In this document: one piece after another, positions 48,346-64,000 of the stretch
Numbering within the stretch: position 1 is the stretch's first letter
How the letters are laid out: each line of letters starts with the position of its first letter
NCBI RefSeq assembly: GCF_009914755.1
Contig: NC_060927.1
Source: the human T2T-CHM13v2.0 reference genome, Homo sapiens
DNA: 64,000 bases
Strand: one strand, 5' to 3'
The notes under the pieces: model-generated
The model's database searches: none
Seen by the model: the letters and a program-made list of their open reading frames with translations, nothing else
Told to the model about the DNA's origin: nothing
Program-made: the position numbers and the translations under genes

Positions 48346-49207
48346 CCCACCGCCACGTTTTTTAATGCCTTTTTCCTTTCCTTTTTTTCTTTTTCACCTT
48401 TTTTTTGTTGTTACTCCTGTTTTTTTTTTTTTAACTCATGTTGCTTAGTGCTGTCTGAGATCTCAGCAAGGCTCAGGGATTAGGTGGTTCAGTGCATGGT
48501 GACACAAACAAAAACTGGTATAGCATAAACACTATTAAATCATGCAGGAGTCTATTAAATAGAAGCAGTTGTCTCCGGCGGATAAGTGTGTTGGATAGGA
48601 AGTCGGGTGCCCAATGCCCGCCATTGCCCAGGCTTGCTTAGGTAAACAAAGCAGCCAGGAAGCTCAAACTGAGTGGAGCCCACCACAGCTCAAGGAGGCC
48701 TGCCTGTCTCTGTAGGCTCCACCTCTGGGGGCAGGGCACAGAAAAACAAAAAGACAGCAGTAACCTCTGCAGACTTAAATGTCCCTGTCTGACAGCTTTG
48801 AAGAGAGCAGTGGTTCTCCTAGCACGCAGCTGGAGATCTGAGAACAGGCAGACTGCCTCCTCAAGTGGGTCCCTGACCCTTGACCCCCGAGCAGCCTAAC
48901 TGGGAGGCACCCCCCAGTAGGGGCAGACTGCCACCTCACACGGCTGGGTACTCCTCTGAGACAAAACTTCCAGAGGAACGATCAGACAGCAGCATTCGCA
49001 GTTTACGAAAATCCGCTGTTCTGCAGTCACCGCTGTTGATATCCAGGCAACCAAGGTCTGGAGTGGACATCTAGCAAACTCCAACAGACCTGCAGCTGAG
49101 GGTCCTGTCTGTTAGAAGGAAAACTAACAAACAGAAAGGACATCCACACCAAAAACCCATCTGTACATCACCATCATCAAAGACCAAAAGTAGATAAAAC
49201 CACAAAG

Positions 49208-50216
49208 ATGGGGAAAAAACAGAGCAGAAAAACTGGAAACTCTAAAAAGCAGAGCGCCTCTCCTCCTCCAAAGGAACGCAGTTCCTCACCAGCAACGGAA
49301 CAAAGCTGGATGGAGAATGACTTTGACGAGTTGAGAGAAGAAGGCTTCAGACGATCAAACTACTCCGAGCTACAGGAGGAAATTCAAGCAAAAGGCAAAC
49401 AAGTTAAGAACTTAGAATAAAATTTAGACAAATGTATAACTAGAATAACCAATACAGAGAAGAGCTTAAAGGAGCTGATGGAGCTGAAAGCCAAGGCTTG
49501 AGAACTACGTGAAGAATGCAGAAGCCTCAGGAGCCGATGCGATCAACTGGAAGAAAGGGTATCAGTGATGGAAGATGAAATGAAGCGAGAAGGGAAGTTT
49601 AGAGAAAAAAGAGTAAAAAGAAACGAACAAAGCCTCCGAGAAATATGAGATTATGTGAAAAGACCAAATCTATGTCTCACTGGTGTATCTGAAAGTGACA
49701 GGGAGAATGGAACCAAGTTGGAAAACACTCTGCAGGATATAATCCAGGAGAACTTCCCCAATCTAGCAAGGCAGGCCAACATTCACATTCAGGAAATCCA
49801 GAGAACGCCACAAAGATACTCCTCGAGAAGAGCAACTCCAAGACACATAATTGTCAGATTCACCAAAGTTGAAATGAAGGAAAAAATGTTAACGGCAGCC
49901 AGAGACAAAGGTCGGGTTACCCACAAAGGGAAGCCCATCAGACTAACAGCGGATCTCTCGGCAGAAACTCTACAAGCCAGAAGAGAGTGGGGGCCAATAT
50001 TCAACATTCTTAAAGAAATGAATTTTCAACCCAGAATTTCATATCCAGCCAAACTAAGCTTCATTAAGTGAAGGAGAAATACAATCCTTAACAGACAAGC
50101 AAATGCTGAGAGATTTTGTCACCACCTGGCCAGCCCTAAAAGAGCTCCTGAAGGAAGCACTAAACATGGAAAGGAACAACCGGTATCAGCCACTGCAAAA
50201 TCATGCCAAATTGTAA
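49208..50216 (+). pseudogene. L1 ORF1p, disrupted
   Basis: MGKKQSRK start; premature stop at 49418-49420 and further lesions. Confidence 0.93.
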
Positions 50217-50279
50217 AGACCATTGAGGCTAGGAAGAAACTACATCAACTAATGAGCAAAATAACCAGTTAACATCATA

Positions 50280-54106
<3,827 letters not shown>

Positions 54107-54694
54107 ACAATGAGAACACATGGACACAGGAAGGGGAACATCACACTCTGGGGACTGTTGTGTGGTGGGGGAATGGGGGAGGGATAGCATTAGGAGATAT
54201 ACCTAATGCTAAATGACGAGTTAATGGGTGCAGCACACCAGCATGGCACATGTATACATATGTAACTAACCTGCACATTGTGCACATGTACCCTAAAACT
54301 TAAAGTATAATAATAATAAAATAAAAATAAATAAATAAATAAATAAAAGGAAGTCGGGTGCCCAAGTTCTGGCATTCTGAATTTATTCTTGGTCTACCAC
54401 TTATAGCTGCATGACCTTAAGCAAATTACTTTCTGTGCTTCAGTTTCCTCCTCTATAAAATGGTGATAGTAATAATAATAGCTATCTCATGGGTTATGAG
54501 AATTAAATATGGGAATATTATCTATTTTACCTAGGGTTTGATTCTTGCTAAATGCAGAACCTCTCCAGGGATTAAACAGACAGAGAGGACAGAGCTGGCT
54601 TTTTAAATAGTGGAAGAAACAAGTGTTGGTGCTAAACAGGTGGTTAGAGAAAGTGTTCCATGCTTGATGAGCCAGTCAAGAAGTACAGCTGTGA

Positions 54695-54830
54695 GGCTGG
54701 GTGCAGTGGCTCATGCCTACGATCCCAGCACTTCGGGAGGCCAAGTTGGAAGTATCACTTGATGCCAGGAGTTGAAGACCACCCTGGGCGACAAATTGAG
54801 ACCTCACCTCTCCACACACACACACAAAAA
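54695..54830 (+). mobile_element. Alu left monomer (FLAM-like)
   Basis: ggctgggtgcagtggctcatgcct... single arm with (CA)n tail. Confidence 0.8.
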
Positions 54831-55290
54831 CTACAACTGTGAGGAACTAGAAATGTAAATGCGAAACAAAAACAGCAGGATCTCAGAGTACGGTGGTGTG
54901 CATTTACCTCAGCTAGCAATCCTACTGTCTTGCAAATGGCATCAGATTTCCCACGGGTCATGTGGTAAGAAAGTATCAGTGTTAACCCAGGCCAAGGAAT
55001 GGTATAAATGTGGCCTCTGACTTACTCTTTGCCTAATAGTTATCCAGAGTAGAAACTAACATGGATCCATTTCAAAGTTACAAAGGCAGCATGAAGTTTC
55101 ATAGGTAGATTACTAACCAATAACTTCAACGGCTAAAAAGCTATCAGGTACTAACTATAATCTACAGGTCAGCAATATTTTTTCAACAAACATTTAGAGA
55201 CCACCTTCTGTACAAAGCACTATGGCTTGATGCTATAAAAGATATAAAAATGAAAATATGGAACTTTACCTCAGAACACTTACAGACTAG

Positions 55291-55611
<321 letters not shown>

Positions 55612-55979
55612 GGAAAGATGTTTTTTAAGTATACATATGTGCACACATGCGGGTGTGTACGAACACACGCACTCTGACCACCACTACCACCATGACATCT
55701 AGTGAGTACCAGGCACTGTGACTAGCCATATAATGGCTTTAAATGCATATGGTTTTCCTGACACGAAGTAGCCTCAGATCTCAGTCTTTTTGGTTCTTCC
55801 TACTGCCTCCACAAAAGAAAATATAATGAATACCATGAGATAAGCTCAGATGAACTGTGCTTTGAAAGATCCAAAGTTGGAGAAACTGTTTCTCAGCTGC
55901 AAATAATTGAGACCATTTTTAATTTTTTTTGAGTCACTAAATTCTTCTCCTTTATATTAACCATGTTCACTAAAATCAC

Positions 55980-56164
55980 CTGTTTTGCCTGCTGCCTCAG
56001 ATCATCCCCAACAGACTCTGGCTCAATCATCTTCCACTCTGCTGCAATGCTCCTGAAAACATCAGCTCCAGTGTTTAACACTTGAATGAGACGACGATCA
56101 TGGGATAAATGAGCCAAGATCCTCAGTTCAAGCTGAGAGTAGTCAGCAGCCAGTATTGAACCAC
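55980..56164 (-). CDS. POLQ: POLQ exon with motif A (ADYSQLELR, D2330) and first half of motif B (RQQAKQ)
   Basis: Acceptor ctacttcag, donor CAG|gtgatt; 185 nt; DYSQxELR hallmark. Confidence 0.97.
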
Positions 56165-57301
56165 CTGAAGTAGAAGTGATTTCAGAAAAGCTAGTACAAA
56201 GTTTCTATATCACACAATCCAAGTTCTATATCATATAATTGAGCAGGATGACAAAAATTTTGTTCTAACTTAGAACTTTGAAATCACATGTCAAAAGTTA
56301 AAACCTTCCTCTTAATATGATGGAATTCAGCTCTGTATCTTAGGTCATTTTTTTCCATGTAGCTTTCAAGTATATATAATATGGGTAAAGCCACCCTGAC
56401 ATCTGCCCACCGTGGAGTGTGTTCCTCAGTGTTCCTACAGCACCTGGCACATAATCCAAAATGGTGCTTTCATGCCTTTCTTATTTTGCTCTGAGTACTT
56501 AAGAATAGGAAGCTTAATTTTCCTTTTCATTCTACAGAAAAGCTTGCACAGTTGCTGATAGATAATAGGCCCTTAACAAATGCTTGTTGAATGAATTAAT
56601 TAATGAAAAAACTGGTGTCCAATGTGTGCAAATGTTAAGTGGGCTGGAGAGAAATGTGTGCCCTGATTTGACAATAACAAAGTCATTCAGTGAAAAAAAT
56701 CAAGTGGTCAACAGGTGAGCAAGTTATTAAAACGATTAAAATAATTTACCTATAGATTAGAAATGGGTGGATTAGATATGCACGACAAAACAAAAACAAA
56801 GTTAAAAAAATAAAAGCAGGGTCAAAGAAAAATTAGAAAAATATTTGCAACTGATCTCACAAAAGACTCATTGCCCTTTCATAAGAAGAGTTGTTACTTG
56901 TGGAGGAAAAGACAAACTATAAATAAGAAGTTCAGACATAATAAAAACAAAAGAACCTTAAACATATTAAAGAATGCTCAGCTTCATAAGAGAAATAAAA
57001 AATCTATGGCAAGAAACAATTTTTCTTCACCTGTATTGCAAAAATTACAAAAGTTGGACAACACTCTGTGACAAGGCTGAGGAGAAAAACACTCGTACAT
57101 TGTTACTGAGAAGTAAAATGGAATCTCCTCCCCATTCGCTGGCAATTTAACAGTGTCTATCGAAATTAAACAGGTTTTTACTCTATGACTCAGCAAACAA
57201 GCCCACAGACTGCTGCACAGACTACCTGAACATAGTTTAAACTGGTTTTTGTTTAAATGTCCTTATTGATAAGCACAAATCTCTAGTATAGAAACATTAC
57301 A

Positions 57302-57753
<452 letters not shown>

Positions 57754-57894
57754 CTATAAGAATTGGGAAGGATAGTGTAGATGACAGGGAAGGAAGCAAA
57801 GCTTCCCAATACACATCTTTTATATCATGTTGATTTCTGAACTATGTTAATGAATAACCTATTCAAAAACAGAGATAAATACTAATTTAAAATA

Positions 57895-58125
57895 CAGGTT
57901 GAGCATCCCTAATCCAAAATTCCAAAATCCAATATGCTCCAAAATCCAAAACTTTTGAGCACCAACGAGATGCTCAAACGTCACGCTCACTGGGGCATTT
58001 CAGATAATGGATTTTTGGATTAGAAATGTTCAATTGGTAAATATTCTAAATAGTGTAAATATTCTAAAATCAAAATCTAAAACACTTCTAGTCCCAAGCA
58101 TTTCACACAAGGGATACTCAAACTG
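57895..58125. mobile_element. Tigger4a/MER46-like MITE
   Basis: TIRs CAGGTTGAGCATCCCT / AGGGATACTCAAACTG flanked by TA. Confidence 0.85.
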
Positions 58126-59020
58126 TAAATGGCCACAACTTTGGTGGACTTCCTACCACAGACAACCACAAAATTGGACAAATTATATGGGAAAAAAAAA
58201 ATGGTTCTCAGATGTTAGACAACAAGCCATGCAGAACTATAATCACTGAGAATGGAAGAAAATGAGGTGAGCCACACAAAGGTCTCAGGGATCTGAATGG
58301 AGGCATTTTCCAGAATCTGTAGCAGGGAAAGGGAGCTGAAGCACAGCGCTGTATCTGTCTCTGAACTAAGGAAACACAGTCTAGAGTTTGGGGCTTTGAG
58401 GCAGCTGGAATTTGGAGAGAAAAGAGTTGTGCATAAAAGGAGCACCAGAAATACACACAGGAATTCCCTTGGATTTTTGACCAAATATTAAGTTGTGCAG
58501 GGGGAAAGTGCAGGGCGCCAAAGAACAGACACTGAAGAAATAAATATTACTAAAGGAAGAACAAATACTGCATAGCTTTCAGCTGAACAACTACTTCAAC
58601 AACATATTCTTGAATGCTGAGAAATGATCAAGCTGTAACAAACAAGACTGAGAAGAGATCTTGTTAAACAACTTTAGCACCAAGTAGACTCCAGAAAGGC
58701 CACACCTTATGAACAGGAATAACCTAGCCCTAGAGTGCAGGCTACTCTAAACATTTGTTAGCAAAGCTTTAAAAGCCTCAAAATGACCAAGCTGATGTGA
58801 AAGTAAATTGTCTGACAAAAGAAAACCTTATATTCTATTAGTGAAGACTACAAAATCCAAAGATTCAACAAGGTGGCAACCATAACGTCCGCATACTAGC
58901 AGAAATGCTTCAATATTTGTTTAATTTAGTGTTCATTGTGGCTTTGTAGAATGCAACTACCATGAATAACAAGAATCAATCACATTTTACAAAAAGCAAA
59001 AGATCTTCAAATAACACACC

Positions 59021-59378
59021 TGATAAGGTTTGGCTATGTCTCCATCCAAACCTCACCTTGAATTGTAACAAAACTCACATGTCAAGAGGTCAGGTGAAGA
59101 TAAATGAATCATGGGGGTGGTTTCCCCCATACTGTTCTCATGGTAGTGAGTCCGTCTCACGAGATCTGATGGTTTTATAAATGGGAGTTCCCCTGCATAA
59201 GCTCTTGCCAGCCACCATATAAGATGTCAAGATGTCCCTTTGCTTCTCCTTCATCTTCCACCATGATTGTGAGGCCTCCCCGGCAATGTGGAACTGTGAG
59301 TCCATCAAACCTCCTTCCTTTATAAATCACCCAGTCTCAGGTAGGTCTTTATTAGCAGCATGACAACGGACTAATACA
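59021..59378 (+). mobile_element. THE1 (MaLR) solo LTR
   Basis: TGATAAGGTTTGGCT...GGACTAATACA termini; near-TSD acacc/ccacc. Confidence 0.9.
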
Positions 59379-60170
59379 CCACCAAACAATTACCTATAGA
59401 TTCTATAGGTAACCTAACAGTATGATAGATCAATCAAATTGCAAGTGTTTCTTTTTTGGCTTTGGATAAATTGTCCCATAACAGAGAAACTGCTTAATTA
59501 ATATTCTGAATAGGCTTTGTCTCAGTGGACTTCCAAATTTATAAAGAAAACACCATTCTTAGCTTACAAAATCAAACCAGTGGCATAGATATTTTGGAAT
59601 CTTTTACATTTGTCAAAGAAGAATTTTAAGTAGATATGAAAAAATTAGTTTTCATCATATAGACAATGCTCTAGCTTTGTCATTAAAAACTTCTTTTTTT
59701 TAGATTTTTAAACAGGAGAATGATGTTTCCCTATTTCTTCATTCCACTATATATATAAAAAAGATTTATGTTTAGTTTTCTAAATCAGACCATCAAAAGT
59801 GTTACAATACAGTTAAAATTATTTTATGTATGTGTACAAATGCTGAGTCATCACCAACTTAAGAACTGTTGAAAATTTCCAACAATGAATTTAACAATCT
59901 TGTATACTCTGTCAAAGCTCCTTGTTTGATTCATGAGAGTCCTACAAAGATTAACTGTACTCCAGTTCAATATTTTCTTGAAACAAAAGAACATTTGCCA
60001 AGTATTCAGTAATCAAAGACAAAAAGAACAATGTGGTTTATGTTTTTTGACTGATATCACACAGCATATATTTGAGGCTCCAAGAAAGCAAAAAATGTAC
60101 TTCTGACCTAGCTAGACAGGTAAGAGAATGTATTTGGAAATGAAAACTTTTCATAAAACAAATTAATAAT

Positions 60171-60335
60171 GGGCTGGGTGCAGTGGCTCACACCTGTAAT
60201 CCCAATAATTTGGGAAGCCAAGGCTGGAGGATCACTCCTGGAGGAGCCCAGGAGTTCCAGACCAGCCTGGGTAACATAGTGGGACCCCCATCTCTACCAA
60301 AAACAACAACAACAACAACAATAATAATAATAATT
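60171..60335 (+). mobile_element. Alu left monomer
   Basis: Single arm with (AAC)n(AAT)n tail. Confidence 0.85.
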
Positions 60336-60496
60336 TTATGCATTTTTAAAGCATAAATCAATATGCAGTATAGTTTAATTACAATCAACATGTTATATAA
60401 ACTGAAAATATTAAAAATTTTTAAAAATGCTCTGATGTTGATGAATTTAGAGTCGCTTTTTTATTTAAGTAATACTCCTTTGAATTTGACATACTG

Positions 60497-60821
60497 TAGG
60501 TACAGCATCCCTAATCTGAAAATTCAAAATCCAAACTGTTCTAAAATCTAAAACTTTCTGAGCACTGACATAATGCCACAAGTGGAAAGTTCCACAACCG
60601 ACCTCTTGTAACAGGTCAAAGTTATAACTTTGTTTCATTAACAAAATTTAAAATATTGTATAAATTACCTTTAGGCTATGTCTATAAGATGTATATGAAA
60701 CATAAATTTCACATTGTGACTTGGATCCCATCCCCAAGACATCACATTATGTATACACAAATATTCCAAAATCTGAAATACTTTTGGTCCCAAGGATTTG
60801 AGATAAAGGATACTTAACTTG
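60497..60821. mobile_element. Tigger4b/MER46-like MITE
   Basis: agcatccctaatctgaaaattcaaaatccaaa ... ggatacttaacttgta, related to 57895-58125. Confidence 0.75.
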
Positions 60822-61001
60822 TAATAATGAGTAACATAAGAATTAGTAAATTTACTTAACTTGTATAGACATTGTTTTGTAATGGATGTTTCTGCTTCAA
60901 AGTCAAATTAATACTTCTAAAAAAAGATGAACCAGCTTTGTCAATCAGATGCAATTTTTTAAAAAATGAGTTTCTGGTACTCAATTCAGTTACTGGAAAT
61001 G

Positions 61002-61316
61002 TTTTTTTTCTTTTTTCTTTTTTTTTTTTTTGACATAGGGTCTTGCTTTTTCGCCTAGGCTGGAGTGCAGTGGCATGATCATGGCTCACTGCAGCCCCAA
61101 CCTCCAGGGCTCAAGTGACATGATATTCCCACCACAGCGTCCTGAGTAGCTGGGACTACAGGTGCGCACCACCATGCCTAGCTAATTTTTTGACTTTCTG
61201 TAAAGATGGGGTCTCCCTTTGTTGCCCAGGCTGGTCATGAAGTCCTGGACTCAAGCGATCTTCCTGCTTCAGCCTCCCAAAGTGCTGGGATTACAGGTGT
61301 GAGCCACCATGCCTTG
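61002..61316 (-). mobile_element. Alu (J-type)
   Basis: Reverse dimeric Alu. Confidence 0.92.
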
Positions 61317-61392
61317 TGAGAAATACTTTTGAGTATGTTTGAAACAACTTGGGCATGTGATCTACTTTTTCAAAACATAAGTTTTATAAAAT

Positions 61393-62250
61393 CAAGCATA
61401 CCTTGCTTTATTGGACTTGACTTTATTATGCCTCACAGATATTGCAGGTTTTTTTTTTAAAGAAATTAAAGGTTTTTGGCAACTCTGAGTGGAGCAAGTG
61501 TTTCAGCACCATTTTTCCAACAGCATGTGCTCACTCTGGCACATTTTATTAATAGTGATGCTCACATTATTTCAAACCCTCTCATTATTATCTGTTATGG
61601 TGATCTTTGATATTACTATTATTACAATCCATGAACCACACTCATGTAAGAGTGAACTTCATTGATCAATTTTGTGTGTGTTCTAACTACTCCACTGACT
61701 GGCTGTTCCCCCACCTTTCTCCCATCTCTCTCAGAACTCCCTATTCCCTGAGATACAATATTAAAATTAGGCCAATTAATCACCCTACAATGGCAATGGC
61801 CTCTAAGTGTTCAAGTGAAAGGGAAAGTCGCATCTCTCTCACGTTAAACCAAAAAGCTAGAAACGATTAAGCTTATGAGGAAGGCATGTCAAAAGCTGAG
61901 ATAGGTTGAAAGCTAGGCCTCTTGTGCCATACAGTTAGCCAAGTTGTGAATGCAAAGGAAAAGTTCTTGAAGGAAATTAAAAGTGTTACTACACTGAACA
62001 CACAAATGATAAGAAGGCAAAACAGGCTTATTGCTAATATGGAGAAAATTTAAGTGGTCTGGATAAAAAAAATGAAACCAGCCACAACATTCTCTTAAGC
62101 CAAAGTCTAATCCAGAGCAAGGAGACTCTGATGTACTATTCAGTATGTCAATTGCATTTTCCTACTCCAGAATTTCTATGAAGGCTGAGAGGGGTGAGGA
62201 AGCTGCAAGGAAAAAAAAAAAAAAACTGATTCATGAGTTTTAAGAAAACT
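61393..62250 (+). mobile_element. Tigger1 5' portion with degraded transposase start
   Basis: caagcatacct terminus; atggcctctaagtgttcaagtgaaagg; aagttgtgaatgcaaaggaaaagttcttgaaggaaattaaaagtg. Confidence 0.9.
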
Positions 62251-62333
62251 CTGTTGCACTTCAGCCTGGGCGAGAGTGAGACTCCGTCTCAAAAAAAAAA
62301 AAAAAAAAGAAAGAAAGAAATTACCATACACCT

Positions 62334-62706
<373 letters not shown>

Positions 62707-63446
62707 TTAGACATAAGTAAAACTAAAAATTGCCAAGCAGGACATGTCATCATAGGTCTGAATTCACCATTGGCATATAAGTTTCTGATGGAATTTAAAT
62801 AAATTCAGATGGTTAATTGTACTCACTAGGACTTGCTAGCTGGTGAAAGATTAAAGAACAAATATGTATACTAACAGTTGGAATGATCTGCAAGTTACAT
62901 CATAACTTCCAAATGTCTTGACAACAAAAGGTTTATGACTAGAGTATTGAGGAGGGGTCAGGCAGAATGAGAATAGCCTTAGGGGCCACCCCATGCAATA
63001 GGAAGCAGCAGTGCAGAAAAAGAGAGAAAAAACATAAAAGCAAACAAGTTAGAAGGAGAGAAAAACTGCCCTTAGAGGTCAAGGGAGAAGAGAAATTGAA
63101 GAAGGAGTTGATTAACAGTGACAAATGCTGTAAACAAGTTAAAGAGGATGAAGACTGACAAAACCAACTGGACTTTGCAAAGAGGTTTACAATGACGTTA
63201 GAAAACATGGTTTCAGCAGACTGCTGCTGCTGAGCACACACCATAAAAGTTTCCCACAGAGCAGATCATGGAGATGATGACTGCTATAAACCTGGCATGA
63301 CAAAGGAGAAAGGCAGGCTCCACCGTAGACAGAAAGATGGAGGGACCAATGCATGCTCTAAGTCTCACTCATATTTCAGGCTTTATCCATGCTTTGAAAA
63401 ACATTCTCACAGCAATGAGAAGCTTCAAAGCTATCAGCCACCTTAC

Positions 63447-63568
63447 CTGGGAAAGGCACAAAGGCATGTCGCATGCTAATTGAAAATGGCATTCCTCTGT
63501 CTGCAGCTCTCTCCTCCATCTGTGCCTGGCATCTAGGATTCACGCTGAAACCCTTCTTATATTTTCCT
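63447..63568 (-). CDS. POLQ: POLQ exon (GKYKKGFSVNPRCQAQMEERAADRGMPFSISMRHAFVPFP), Pol theta insertion loop 2 region
   Basis: Acceptor gcaccacag, donor G|gtaagg; 122 nt; joins in phase to the motif A exon. Confidence 0.94.
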
Positions 63569-63686
63569 CTGTGGTGCAAACAACATCATCAGTTAGACAT
63601 GAAGCAGTCTCAAATATATGAAAGAGGTCTGATTTTCAGTAACATCAGTATTTCCGTCTAAGAAACTTAATAAAAACCTTACTGAG

Positions 63687-63999
<313 letters not shown>

Positions 64000-64000
64000 A

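Noticed and set aside
59275-59287. Possible PRDM9 hotspot motif in the THE1 LTR
   Set aside because: Reads CCTCCCCGGCAAT, which departs from the CCTCCCTNNCCAC hot motif.

Overview
Primate genomic DNA, human or near-identical, containing the convergent 3' ends of two known genes. On the + strand are the last five coding exons and ~5.6-kb 3'UTR of STXBP5L (tomosyn-2; C-terminal R-SNARE helix, ending ...KYKDKKWYQF*). On the - strand are the last seven coding exons of POLQ (DNA polymerase theta A-family polymerase domain, motifs A/B/C, ending ...WGELKDFDV*). All 12 exons have GT-AG boundaries and splice in phase. The rest is mostly transposable elements: about 20 Alus, a 5.7-kb L1PA3-type element, a 2.1-kb internally deleted L1PA5-type element head-to-head with it, a long nested L1MA, MaLR/ERV solo LTRs, Tigger/hAT fossils, L2 and MIR. 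I see no evidence of a wholly new gene system. The most notable unexplained structures are: (1) a 56-bp L1-derived patch inside a Tigger1 at 62122-62177 that nearly copies 44219-44272 of the same gene with microhomology at both junctions, resembling a templated-insertion repair scar inside POLQ itself; (2) a TSD-flanked 692-bp non-TE retrocopy at 8013-8704; (3) the head-to-head L1 pair in the POLQ intron that splits motif B, giving a ~1.4-kb inverted repeat, a POLQ-sense promoter and poly(A) signal, and two unusual ORF0 derivatives. TE family names, exon numbers and residue numbers come from recalled consensus/reference knowledge, not from a search; most TE boundaries are approximate.
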